Of a stretch of DNA of 39,376 bases, positions 17,718 through 26,943 are shown in pieces. Position numbers and translations under genes: made by a program. The stretch's first letter is position 1. Every line of letters starts with the position of its first letter. A model generated the notes under the pieces. That model worked only from the letters and a program-made list of their open reading frames with translations, had not been told where the DNA came from and did not search any database. Source of the stretch: Candidatus Brocadiia bacterium (GTDB lineage Bacteria; Planctomycetota; MHYJ01; WSZJ01); the NCBI GenBank assembly GCA_013360825.1, contig JABWAY010000002.1:1-39376 (forward strand), given 5' to 3'.

Positions 17718-18598
17718 GGTTTTTTCGCTCCCGTCAGGGTGAGGGGAATCCAGACCGTCCGCATCTTCCGTCCCCCGACGTCCCCGTCGGAGCCGTTCCA
17801 GACGGCGAAGGCCACGAGCGACGTGCCCCCGGGCGCAAGGCCGGACGGAAGCGGCCTCGTGATGACGACCGCCCATCCGGCGCCGGTCCGGCGTCCCAGC
17901 CCGGTGGAACTCTGGGACGGAGCGGGCCTCATCGTCCCAGGGCCGTCCGCCATCAGGTCCTGCACCGACTTCTTCGGCGACGGACTGACGATGTTCCCCA
18001 GCGACTTCGCCGGAGCGTACTGCTTCGCCATCTCCTCGGCCTTGCCCGGCGTCTTCTCCAGCCCCGGAGCCTCGAAGGGATAGTGATCGATGTTCGCGTT
18101 CGGATGCAGCGACTTGAGATCATCCGGCCGCCCGTCGATGAACGCCTGCGCGGTCGCGGTCCAGAACGCGATCTCCACGGGGCGCCCCGGCTCGCCCATC
18201 TGCGGGGCAGGCGTGTCCGGGCCGGAATTCGACGGCAGCTGCACCGCGCAGGCATCGGTGAACCGTGCGGCGTCCCGGACCGAGTCCTCCGTCGCGTCCG
18301 CCCATTCCAGCCGGAAGGCGATGGACTTCCCGTCCGTCAGCGCTCTCACCGTGACCTCGGTCGCCCCCGCCACCATCTTGCGGGGCTCCACCATGTCCTG
18401 GAGGATCAGCGGAGCCCTGAAGGCCTCCCCTGAACCCCACTGCGCATCCTCCGGCGTCGACGGCAGAGCGGCGACCTGCACCGCGCGAACCTCCGTCACC
18501 GGCGCCGGCGGAACAGGCCTGCTGCACCCCCACAGCCCTGCCGCCAGCACACCCGCCGCCGCCATCCACGTCCGACGTCCCAGTCGTCCGTATGCCAT
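17714..18598 (-). CDS. Haem-b gamma subunit of a type II DMSO-reductase-family enzyme (EB_dh / EbdC-DdhC-NxrC-like domain)
   Basis: ATG at 18598 is preceded by GAGGTG; the earlier ATG at 18619 lacks an RBS. Signal MAYGRLGRRTWMAAAGVLAAGLWGC. VRALTDGKSIAFRLEWADATED...FTDACAVQLP...PQMGEPGRPVEIAFW matches the ethylbenzene-dehydrogenase gamma-type haem-binding domain. Confidence 0.8.
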   Translation of the reverse strand: MAYGRLGRRTWMAAAGVLAAGLWGCSRPVPPAPVTEVRAVQVAALPSTPEDAQWGSGEAFRAPLILQDMVEPRKMVAGATEVTVRALTDGKSIAFRLEWADATEDSVRDAARFTDACAVQLPSNSGPDTPAPQMGEPGRPVEIAFWTATAQAFIDGRPDDLKSLHPNANIDHYPFEAPGLEKTPGKAEEMAKQYAPAKSLGNIVSPSPKKSVQDLMADGPGTMRPAPSQSSTGLGRRTGAGWAVVITRPLPSGLAPGGTSLVAFAVWNGSDGDVGGRKMRTVWIPLTLTGAKKP

Positions 18599-18608
18599 GG
18601 CATCACCT

Positions 18609-19736
18609 CTAGGGAACATTGGTCAGGAGAACGCCCCGGGCCGCATCCACCGCCATCCGGATGTACTTCGGCTCCTGGATCGGGACCCGGATCAGCTCCG
18701 TCCCGTCCTCGTCCAGACCGAGCATCTCCCCGCCCACCCGCCGGAACCTTGGGATGATCTGCTCCGTCGATCCGAACAGCGCCAGCAGACCCATCAGGTC
18801 CGGATCGTTCGGCGCGTTCAGGTACGCCTTCGTCGCCTCCTCGACCCCGGGCCCGAAAATCTGCGTCAGGAACGCCGCCGGGGCATGCAGCGGCGGCACG
18901 TAGTACACGTTCGGCTCCAGTCCGAACTGCGGGAAGAGCGGCAGCGCGATCTTCTTGACGTGGATCAGGTAGTCGATCGGATTGTCCTCGCGCATCTGGT
19001 CGGGCTTCGAGATCGACCCCGCCATCCGGATCTTCCCGATGCAGTTCGAGAAACACTGCGGCGCCAGCCCCTGCTCCTGCTTCGGATAGCACCCGATGCA
19101 CTTCTCCGACGTCCCCGTCATCGGATTGAAGAACACCTTCTTGTACGGGCACGCCTTCACGCACTCCTGGTACCCGCGGCACTTCCCCTGGTCGACCAGC
19201 ACGATCCCGTCCTCCGGCCGCTTGTAGATCGACCCCCGCGGACACGCCGCCAGACATCCCGGGTACGTGCAGTGATTGCAGATCCGCGCGAGATAGAAGA
19301 ACCAGTTCATATGAGGAAGCGTCATGTGGGCGCCCTTGGTGATGTCGCCGGCGCAGTCGTCTTCCCCGACGTTCGGGTATGCGTAGTCCCTGGAATCCGG
19401 GCGCCAGCCCAGCACGCGCTCCCCGGCGGGGGCCGACTCGAAGATCGTCTTCCCCTGGTACGTCTTCCCCTTCCAGTCCTGCGCGCCCAGCATGTCCAGG
19501 AGCTTCACATCCCACCCGAGCGGGTAGAACCCGTACGGCTTGCTCTCGACGTTGTTCCAGAGCATCGACTCCTGCCCCTTGCCGCTGGTCCATGTCGTCT
19601 TGCACGCGAGAGTGCATGTCTGGCAGGCGATGCACTTGTTCACGTCGAAAATCGCTCCGAACTGCTTCTTCGCCCGGACTTCGGGATACCAGTACGACAT
19701 CTCCCGGCCGAGCTGCCAGTTGTAGACACGGGGCAT
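18609..19736 (-). CDS. Fe-S beta subunit (NarH/NxrB/EbdB-like, four-cluster ferredoxin) of the molybdoenzyme
   Basis: 375 aa. Cys clusters: [44 protein letters not shown]...C. The N-terminus [11 protein letters not shown]...[12 protein letters not shown] resembles NarH/NxrB. Confidence 0.9.
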   Translation of the reverse strand: MPRVYNWQLGREMSYWYPEVRAKKQFGAIFDVNKCIACQTCTLACKTTWTSGKGQESMLWNNVESKPYGFYPLGWDVKLLDMLGAQDWKGKTYQGKTIFESAPAGERVLGWRPDSRDYAYPNVGEDDCAGDITKGAHMTLPHMNWFFYLARICNHCTYPGCLAACPRGSIYKRPEDGIVLVDQGKCRGYQECVKACPYKKVFFNPMTGTSEKCIGCYPKQEQGLAPQCFSNCIGKIRMAGSISKPDQMREDNPIDYLIHVKKIALPLFPQFGLEPNVYYVPPLHAPAAFLTQIFGPGVEEATKAYLNAPNDPDLMGLLALFGSTEQIIPRFRRVGGEMLGLDEDGTELIRVPIQEPKYIRMAVDAARGVLLTNVP

Positions 19737-22700
19737 CAGCGTTTCTCCTCACCGGAGCCGTCGGGTTTGCGGACGAAACCGCCCTTCAGGAAGGTCTTCA
19801 TGGCGGCATTCTCATAGCGGGGACGGAAGCCCAGGTCCGCGGGTCGCCAGAGGCCCTTGCCCTCCAGCCCGCCGGGCTCCGCCTTCGTGATCTTCACGAT
19901 CGCTTCCCGCGGCGCGCCGACCGGGCAGTGGACATCGGGCATGAAGCCCTTGCCGATCACCTGGCCGAAGATGTCCTTGCGGACGAGGGAGTCGGTCATG
20001 TGGGTGGGCTTGAGCCAGCCGCGCGTGGCGGACTGGTGCGAACCTGAACGGAACATGGCCTGGTAGTTGGTGCGGGGGTTGCGGGCGAGCCCGTCGGCCC
20101 GGCTGGCCTGGCCCTGGACGGACCCGGGGGTCGCGCCGTACATGTTGAACCACATCCGGGTGACGCCCCGGGGGGTCCCCGGGTAGTACCGCGCCCGGCA
20201 CATCAGCCGCGCGACCTTGTAGTTCTCCTTGTCCTTCTCCCAGCCGCGGAACGGGCGGTCCTCGGGGTCGGCATCGATCCAGACGTAGTCGCCGTCTTCG
20301 ACGCCGACCGACTTGGCGTCGTCCGGGTGGATGTCCACGTACCCTTCGGTCGTGAACGGCATCCGTTTGTCGGTCCGGTAGATGTCTCCGAACGGGCCGA
20401 ACAGCATGGCGTTGATGTCGGTGTCGATCGGCGTCGTGTGCGAACCGTGGCGGTACTTGGGGGTGTGGAAGATGAACCCGTACCCGTCCTTCGCGAGCGG
20501 ATGAACGGTCGCCTTCGTCTCCGCCCAGGTCTTCACCACGTTCCGGCCCTGCCGGACTTCGCACGACAGGTCCTTCGGGTCCAGGCCGTAACTCTCCGGT
20601 CCCTTCACGCGGATCGCCTCGTGCGGCGGGGCGACGATCACGTTCGGCTCGTAAAACGTCGAGTCGATCGGCTCACGGTGCACGGCGAGGTTCTCGCCCG
20701 CATCGATGAACTCGTTCTCCTCCCGGTAGAACTCCAGACGCCCGGTCTTCGTGTACCACGGACGGGAGTCCTCCACCTGCTCGTACCCCACCGCCTTCGG
20801 GTACGTCCGGTTCATCATCAGGGCCGGGATCCCCTCCTTCGCCTTCGCCTCGAGGTCGGCGATCCGGTACCCCTTGCCGCAGCTGCTGAAGTCCAGGATG
20901 CGCTGCAGGTAGGTGTGAACCTGCCCCTGGTCGATGAAGTGCCACATCTTCGCGAACCTGTCGTCTCCGGTGTGTTTCGCGAGCGCGTGGCCGACCAGAG
21001 AGAGGATTTCGTGGTCGCCGCGCGTCTCGAAGGTCCGCGGGAGCGGGGTTCTGGGAAAGACGCAGAGGAAGGAGTTGGTGACCGAGGCGGTCATGTCCGG
21101 GAACTTGTGTTCGTGCCAGGCGTCCGCGGCGAACACGATGTCCGCCCATTCGCACGACGCCGTCCACCACCACTCGTTGACCGCGATCATCTCCATGCGC
21201 GGCAGAACGTTGACCACGGTGTTGTAGTGCCACTTGACGTTCCCCAGGATCGAGTTCGCGTTCGCGAACCACATCGACTTCGTCGGGCAGGGCATGTGCG
21301 ACTGCCCCGTGATCATCGTCTTCCCCATCTTGAGCGGGTGATCCTCGTGGTTGTAGTAGTGCGCCGACTCCGCCCGCCAGTACTGCTTCGGGCGCGCGGG
21401 CTTCGCCGGGTCGAGTTCCAGGTCGAACGGGTTCTCGTTGATGTACTGCGGGGAGCCGTTGAACAGCGCGACCCGGTAGTTCCCCGCGTACGAGCCGATG
21501 TTCCCGCCGATGCGCCCCGTGTTTCCCGTGAGGGCCGCGAGCAGGAACAGCGAACGGTCCTTGTTGTCGCTGTTGAAGAACTGATTGGGACCCATGCCGA
21601 CCGCGAACAGCGTCGTTCCGGGCTGGGCCGCAAAGTGCTTCGCCAGCGACTCCACGGCGGGTGCGGGCGCCCAGGTGAGCTCCTCCGTGGTCTTCGGATC
21701 GAAGTGGGCGACATACTCCCAGGTCAGGTCCCAGACCGTGCGGCAGCGGACCTTCGTGCCGTCCTGGAGCGTGACTTCGACCGACCCGGAGAGCCTCGGA
21801 TCGCCGACGGGGGAGTGGGCGCCGACCTGGTCGCGGGAGATCGCCTTCGGCGTCCCCGAGACCGCGTCCCACCACACGTAGTCGCCCCACTCGTTCCGCA
21901 TGTCCTCGCTCACGTACATCGTCTTCTGCATCCCCGGAGGCGGCGCCTTCTCGCCCGCCTTCAGGACCGTGATCTGGTTGGTCAGCGTCGCCGGCGTGCC
22001 TCCGAACACCTCCGCGGCACGCAGCATCTTCAGCGTGTCCATCCGGACCAGGAGCGGCAGGTCGGTGAACTTCTTCACGTAGTCCGCGTCGTAGAGCTTG
22101 TCCCTCATGATCACGTGCGCAAACCCGGTCGCCAGCGCGCCGGTCGTCCCCGGCCGCACGACCAGCGCCTCGTCGGCCTTGCTCGACGTCGCGGAATACT
22201 CGCAGGCGATGACGACCACCTTCGTCCCGTTCGCGCGGGCCTCCGTCAGCCAGTGCGAGTCCGGCATCTTCGTCGTGATCCAGTTCATCCCCCAGATCAC
22301 CACGGTCTTCGAGTGCTCCACCGCGTTCAGGTCCCACTCGACCGTCTGCTGCCCCGTCACCATCGGATGCCCGGGAGGCAGGTCGGTGTGCCAGGAGTAG
22401 TTGTCGAACCCCCGCCCGCCCAGCGCGGCGTCCGGCCCGACCCCGCGGACCTTCGAGTCGAGCAGGGCCATCGAGTTCGCCATCCGGTACAGCCCGAAGA
22501 CCCGCGTGATCCCCAGCAGCGGCATCCCGCCGCGGAACTTCAGCGTCTGCGTCCCGGCTCCCTTCATCGCCGCGATCGTCTCCGGATAGTAGTGCTGCTT
22601 CTCCAGCAGCGCCGCCCCCTTCTCCCCCGAATACGTCGTCGCAATGTTGATCAGAACCCGCGCCGCAATGTCCGCCGCCTCCTCGTGCGTGACGCGAACC

Positions 22701-23200
22701 CAGTTGTCCCGCGCCCGGTTGAAGTACTCCTTCGGCGGCAGTCCGTCCTCACCGCGCGGGAAACCCAGGTCCACCCACTTCTTGTACCCCTCGCGCACCA
22801 TGCAGTGCCTCAGCCGCCGGTCGCCGTAGAACCGCCGCGTCAGCGCCAGACCCTTCTGGCAGATCCGCGGATCCCAGCGGTGTGAGGTGATCCGCTTTCC
22901 GTCGGCGTCCTCCGCAAGGCCGTACTTCATGCTCGGCCCGATCCGGGTGACGATCCCGTTCTTCACGAAGGCGCGGAGAATGCAGTTGTGCGTGTCGTTC
23001 GGCGCGCACGTAAACGTGAACGTGGAGTCGTACGCCCAGAGATCCCGGTAGGTCTTCTCCCAGTCCCGGTTCGGGTACTTCTCGAGCGGGTTGCCGACCG
23101 GCTCGTCCGCCCCCCAGCTCTCCGACGCCGACATGGCCAGCGCCCCGAAGCCGAGGGAACTGAGGTTCTGCATGAAGTTGCGGCGTGTGATCCGGTTCAT
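19736..23200 (-). CDS. Tat-exported molybdopterin (Mo-bisPGD) catalytic alpha subunit, type II DMSO-reductase family, NarG/NxrA-like
   Basis: 1154 aa. Twin-arginine signal [13 protein letters not shown]...AMSASES. FS0 region [10 protein letters not shown]..x40..C. WHTDLPP aligns with NarG WYCD(222)LPP, the Asp Mo ligand. The start overlaps the cytochrome c stop (ATGA), and the stop shares one base with the beta start (TGATG). Confidence 0.9.
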   Translation of the reverse strand: MNRITRRNFMQNLSSLGFGALAMSASESWGADEPVGNPLEKYPNRDWEKTYRDLWAYDSTFTFTCAPNDTHNCILRAFVKNGIVTRIGPSMKYGLAEDADGKRITSHRWDPRICQKGLALTRRFYGDRRLRHCMVREGYKKWVDLGFPRGEDGLPPKEYFNRARDNWVRVTHEEAADIAARVLINIATTYSGEKGAALLEKQHYYPETIAAMKGAGTQTLKFRGGMPLLGITRVFGLYRMANSMALLDSKVRGVGPDAALGGRGFDNYSWHTDLPPGHPMVTGQQTVEWDLNAVEHSKTVVIWGMNWITTKMPDSHWLTEARANGTKVVVIACEYSATSSKADEALVVRPGTTGALATGFAHVIMRDKLYDADYVKKFTDLPLLVRMDTLKMLRAAEVFGGTPATLTNQITVLKAGEKAPPPGMQKTMYVSEDMRNEWGDYVWWDAVSGTPKAISRDQVGAHSPVGDPRLSGSVEVTLQDGTKVRCRTVWDLTWEYVAHFDPKTTEELTWAPAPAVESLAKHFAAQPGTTLFAVGMGPNQFFNSDNKDRSLFLLAALTGNTGRIGGNIGSYAGNYRVALFNGSPQYINENPFDLELDPAKPARPKQYWRAESAHYYNHEDHPLKMGKTMITGQSHMPCPTKSMWFANANSILGNVKWHYNTVVNVLPRMEMIAVNEWWWTASCEWADIVFAADAWHEHKFPDMTASVTNSFLCVFPRTPLPRTFETRGDHEILSLVGHALAKHTGDDRFAKMWHFIDQGQVHTYLQRILDFSSCGKGYRIADLEAKAKEGIPALMMNRTYPKAVGYEQVEDSRPWYTKTGRLEFYREENEFIDAGENLAVHREPIDSTFYEPNVIVAPPHEAIRVKGPESYGLDPKDLSCEVRQGRNVVKTWAETKATVHPLAKDGYGFIFHTPKYRHGSHTTPIDTDINAMLFGPFGDIYRTDKRMPFTTEGYVDIHPDDAKSVGVEDGDYVWIDADPEDRPFRGWEKDKENYKVARLMCRARYYPGTPRGVTRMWFNMYGATPGSVQGQASRADGLARNPRTNYQAMFRSGSHQSATRGWLKPTHMTDSLVRKDIFGQVIGKGFMPDVHCPVGAPREAIVKITKAEPGGLEGKGLWRPADLGFRPRYENAAMKTFLKGGFVRKPDGSGEEKR

Positions 23201-24885
23201 TTCTTCACCTCCCAGGTGCGCAGAAACGCGACGATCGCTTCAATCTCCCCGGCAGACAGGGCCTGCCGCGCGGGAGACCCGCTTGCGAACGACGGCATGG
23301 TCGTGCCGGACCTGCCGCGCCGGATGGACTCGAACAGGTAGGTGTCCGTCGCGGCCTTCAGGAACGCCGTGTTGTTCAGGGCGACGCCTTCCGCTCCCTC
23401 GCCGTCCTTCCCGTGGCAGGTCGCGCAGTGCGCCGCGAAGAGCTGTGCGCCGGCCCCCGGCTCGTCCTTCGCCCAGCGGGCAGGCTTCGTGTCCTTCTCC
23501 GGTCCGATCCCCCCGGCCGTGGACCGCAGATACGCCACGATCGCGTCGATCTCACGGGGCCGGAGCCCTCCTTCCTTTTCACCCCATGCCGGCATCCGCC
23601 GCCCCGGCCGGCCGTGGAGGATCGACTGCTTCAGGAAATCGTCGGTGGCGACGGCCAGGAAATCCCGGTTGCCGACGGCGGGGAAGGGCTGTGCTCCGGC
23701 GAAGCGCATTCCTTCGCCGGAGGTGCCGTGGCAGCTGGCGCAGAACGTGGCGTAGAGCGTCGAACCGTCCGTCGAGAACTCCCGTTCGCCGAGCCGCAGG
23801 GCCCGGGCGCGGTCAGGCGGCCAGAGAGCCTCGGGGGCGTCGGTCCGCCGGAGGGACAGGAGATAGGTCACCAGGGAGTCGACCTGGGCGTCCGTCAGTC
23901 CGAAGTCCGGCATCGCGGAGCCGGGGACGATCGTCGCAGGGGACTTGAGGTGCTGCGCGTGCCAGTTGGCGATCGTGTGCTCGCCCGTGACGCGGGAAAA
24001 GTTCGTCAGCGCCGGGTCGCGTTCGCCGGCGCGCGAGAGGTCGGGGCCGTCGTCGCCGCCGACACCGTTCACCTTGTGGCATCCGCGGCAGCCGAGCGAG
24101 TTGAAGAGCGACTTGCCGTGCGCGAGGGCGGGAACGCCGATGCGCGAGCTCAGATACCCCTCCATGACGGTCCGGTCCCGCTCGGGGATCTCCCCGAACG
24201 ACGCCTTCCACGGAAAGGCATCCGGCGGCTTCCCCGCCTCCGCAAGCCGGCGATTCCCCAGGTGTCCTTCGTACCAGTCGCCCGGAATGCCCTTCGCCCC
24301 GATCGCGGACAGGTCGGGTCCTTCGCCGCCTCCCGCACCGCCGGGCCGGAAGGTCCCTCCCTTGCCGTCGATTCTGTGGCAGGAGAGGCAGTCATAGCGG
24401 TCGACGAGGTCCCGGCCGCGGTCGAGCATGGCGAGGTTGGGGACGTGGACATGGGAGTGGCAGCTCCCGCACCCGGCCTGGACGTGTTTCAGCGGGATCA
24501 TCGGCTGGGGCCAGTGCGGGGCGGTCCCATGCGCGCCGGCCTTCGTCGTGGCGCGTCCCTGCCCGGCGTGACAGGTGGTGCAGCCGATCTCGGCCGGCTC
24601 GTGGTGGACCGGGGGGTGCTTCCCATAGATGCGGTCCCCCGCGATCCCCGTCTCCCCGGGAGCCATCCCGACGTGGCAGCTCACGCACCGGTCGGTCGCC
24701 TTCAGCGCCGGGACGACGATCTGCCGGAGCTGGATCTCGAACTCCGTCCCCGGGGGCAGGTGGGCCGCCACGTGGGCCTGCGCCTGGCGCCACTCGCTCA
24801 GGACGTGCTCGGAGTACGCCGCCCACAGGAGCACGAGCAGCGTTCCCGTGCTGGCCCACAACAGCAGGTGTTTGTTCCGGTTCAT
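23197..24885 (-). CDS. Membrane-anchored heptahaem cytochrome c
   Basis: 562 aa with an N-terminal TM helix ([18 protein letters not shown]). Seven CxxCH motifs: CVSCH, CTTCH, CGSCH, CLSCH, CRGCH, CASCH, CATCH. The last three sit in class-I-like domains with MPDF/MPAW/MPSF distal Met contexts. Confidence 0.85.
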   Translation of the reverse strand: MNRNKHLLLWASTGTLLVLLWAAYSEHVLSEWRQAQAHVAAHLPPGTEFEIQLRQIVVPALKATDRCVSCHVGMAPGETGIAGDRIYGKHPPVHHEPAEIGCTTCHAGQGRATTKAGAHGTAPHWPQPMIPLKHVQAGCGSCHSHVHVPNLAMLDRGRDLVDRYDCLSCHRIDGKGGTFRPGGAGGGEGPDLSAIGAKGIPGDWYEGHLGNRRLAEAGKPPDAFPWKASFGEIPERDRTVMEGYLSSRIGVPALAHGKSLFNSLGCRGCHKVNGVGGDDGPDLSRAGERDPALTNFSRVTGEHTIANWHAQHLKSPATIVPGSAMPDFGLTDAQVDSLVTYLLSLRRTDAPEALWPPDRARALRLGEREFSTDGSTLYATFCASCHGTSGEGMRFAGAQPFPAVGNRDFLAVATDDFLKQSILHGRPGRRMPAWGEKEGGLRPREIDAIVAYLRSTAGGIGPEKDTKPARWAKDEPGAGAQLFAAHCATCHGKDGEGAEGVALNNTAFLKAATDTYLFESIRRGRSGTTMPSFASGSPARQALSAGEIEAIVAFLRTWEVKK

Positions 24886-24886
24886 G

Positions 24887-26449
24887 TTAGTGCCCCGGCC
24901 ACTGAGAGGGAGACCAGTAGAAGTCCCAGTTCGGACCGCGGAACCAGGTCCCGATCACGGTGAGGACGAGGAAGCCCATCAGAAAACAGGTGAAGAGCCC
25001 CAGGGCTCCTGCCCGCATCGAATTGAAGCGACGGACGATGTAGACCGAGTAGAGGCCGTAGATCAGCGTCAGCACCGTCCCGGGGTTGATCGCGGTGATC
25101 AGCAGCTGCGGTGTCCCCGGGAACCACTGGCGGAGCCATCCGAAACGGATGGCGATCGCCTCCAGGGCCAGGACCGTGCCCAGTCCGAAGACCGCCGACC
25201 AGGCGACGAGCTTCCCGCCCCCCGGCCCGCCGAACCACTCGCCGGTTCCCTTCTTCTCGCGGTCGAGGTAGGGGATCAGCCCGAGACCGACGATGATGAT
25301 TCCGGGGATCAGGACTCCCCCCGCGAACGCGGAGTGGGCGACCAGTTCCTGGAGGCCGAGGAAGTACCACGGAGCCTTGGCGGGGTTCTCCGGGACGTTC
25401 GGGTTGGCGAGTTCCTTCAGCGGCGCGTCGGAGACGATGCTGAGCAGAACGCAGACAAGAAACGTCAGCATGAACACCGCCGCCTCCGCGTAGAACAGGT
25501 GCGGCATCGACGGCACCGTGTTCTCAGCCCCGGCACCGACCGCGGGTGTGCGGCCGCGGACGACGGCCGCCAGGGACCAGGTCTTTCTCGGCGCCGCCGT
25601 CCACGCCGGCACCGCCTCCGGGTCCGGGCCGCCGAGTCTCCGGTCCGCGTCCTCCGGTTTCGCCAGGCCGCCGTCCTTCCGGATGCGCCAGAAGTGAATG
25701 CCGAGCAGCCCGCAGAGCGCGATCGGGAGAATCATGACGTGCAGCAGGTAGAACCGGATCAGCGCTTCGGCCCCGACCTCATCGGACCCGAGAAGGAGGA
25801 GTTTCTGGAGTCCGCCCGGGTCGAAGTGAGGCGTCAGGCCGATCGGATCTGTGACCTCGCGCGGGGACTGGGCGATGTTGGCGCCGATGGTGATGGCCCA
25901 GTAGGCGAGCTGGTCCCAGGGAAGGAGATACCCGGTGAAGCTGAGACCGAGCGTGACGACGAGGAGGAACATCCCGGTCGCCCAGTTGAACTCCCTGGGT
26001 TTCCGGTACGACGCGGTGTAGAAGACCCGCGCCATGTGAATCAGCACCGAGAAGACCATGACGTTGGCGGACCAGCGGTGAATGTTGCGCAGGAACCGGC
26101 CGGTCGGGACGACGAAGTGGATGTCCTTGATCGACTGGTAGGCCGCCTCCGGGTAGGGCTTGTAATAGAACATGAGGAGGATGCCGGTCACGGTGGCGAT
26201 GAGGAAGGAGCTCAGGGCAACCATCCCGAGGCCCCAGGTCGTGGACCAGCGCAGGCTCCAGCGGTGCGTGCGCACGCTCTGGACATGGAGGAAAAAGTTC
26301 GAGAAAACGAAGTCGTTGCGGCTCCGGTCGCTGTCCGGCCTGCCGGTCCGGAACATCGACTCGATGAACCTCCGCGGCACTTTTCGCAGGTTGTCCGCAA
26401 AGGTCCCGAGACCTGTGCGTTCCTCCTGCCCGTGGCCGGGGGTGTTCAT
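24887..26449 (-). CDS. Cytochrome b of a Rieske/cytochrome b complex (fused b6 + subunit IV-like, 520 aa)
   Basis: Haem-ligand pairs are H-x13-H (HRWSANVMVFSVLIH) and H-x14-H (HVMILPIALCGLLGIH). GYLLPWDQLAYW is a block typical of cytochrome b. The subunit IV-like part contains APWYFLGLQE. ATG 26449 overlaps the Rieske stop (ATGA). Confidence 0.9.
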   Translation of the reverse strand: MNTPGHGQEERTGLGTFADNLRKVPRRFIESMFRTGRPDSDRSRNDFVFSNFFLHVQSVRTHRWSLRWSTTWGLGMVALSSFLIATVTGILLMFYYKPYPEAAYQSIKDIHFVVPTGRFLRNIHRWSANVMVFSVLIHMARVFYTASYRKPREFNWATGMFLLVVTLGLSFTGYLLPWDQLAYWAITIGANIAQSPREVTDPIGLTPHFDPGGLQKLLLLGSDEVGAEALIRFYLLHVMILPIALCGLLGIHFWRIRKDGGLAKPEDADRRLGGPDPEAVPAWTAAPRKTWSLAAVVRGRTPAVGAGAENTVPSMPHLFYAEAAVFMLTFLVCVLLSIVSDAPLKELANPNVPENPAKAPWYFLGLQELVAHSAFAGGVLIPGIIIVGLGLIPYLDREKKGTGEWFGGPGGGKLVAWSAVFGLGTVLALEAIAIRFGWLRQWFPGTPQLLITAINPGTVLTLIYGLYSVYIVRRFNSMRAGALGLFTCFLMGFLVLTVIGTWFRGPNWDFYWSPSQWPGH

Positions 26450-26943
26450 ACGGTCTCCTTCGTGCCGGGCGGCACGACCGTCCCCTCATCGATCAGAATC
26501 GCCCCTCCGCCGGCGGACCGGACGGACAGCCACGGGAGCCCCTTCGGCGCGGGCCCGCGGAGCACGGTCCCGTCCGGCGCGAACTGCGACCCGTGGCAGG
26601 GGCAGTCGAAGCCCATGGCCGCGGGTTTCACGATGCAGCCGAGGTGCGTGCAGACGGTGGACATGGCGAAGACCCTGTCGCCGTCCTTGAACACCACGAC
26701 CGACCGGCCCTCCGGGAAGAAGGGTGTTCCGGACGGGAGGCTCTCCGGAAGCGTTACCTTGAATTTCTTCGCCGCCGACGGCAGCACGGCGGCCTTCGGC
26801 AGCTTTGCCGCGCCCAGCGCGGCGAAACCGCAGGCGCCCGCGGCCATCGAGGCCGCGGCAATGCCGAGGAAGTCCCGGCGCGGCATGGCCTCGGGATCCA
26901 GGCGGGAAGGCTTCCCGGGGGACGGCTCCGAATGCGTGCTCAT
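26446..26943 (-). CDS. Rieske [2Fe-2S] protein with twin-arginine signal
   Basis: 165 aa, the C-terminal part of track ORF 26446..28200. It has RRDFLGIAAA, CTHLGC and CPCHGS. ATG 26943 overlaps the stop of the upstream gene (ATGA). Confidence 0.9.
   Translation of the reverse strand: MSTHSEPSPGKPSRLDPEAMPRRDFLGIAAASMAAGACGFAALGAAKLPKAAVLPSAAKKFKVTLPESLPSGTPFFPEGRSVVVFKDGDRVFAMSTVCTHLGCIVKPAAMGFDCPCHGSQFAPDGTVLRGPAPKGLPWLSVRSAGGGAILIDEGTVVPPGTKETV

Noticed and set aside
18599-18619. First ATG (18619) of the gamma-subunit ORF.
   Set aside because: It lies inside the 3' end of the beta gene without a Shine-Dalgarno sequence. ATG 18598 is preceded by GAGGTG and gives a normal signal peptide. 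This remains a minor uncertainty.
20327-22885. 852-aa plus-strand ORF inside the molybdoenzyme alpha gene. The same applies to ORFs 24629..26965, 26805..29114 and 20673..22337.
   Set aside because: They are antisense or out of frame relative to the alpha, cytochrome b, Rieske and GltD-like genes. They have no motifs and a biased composition.
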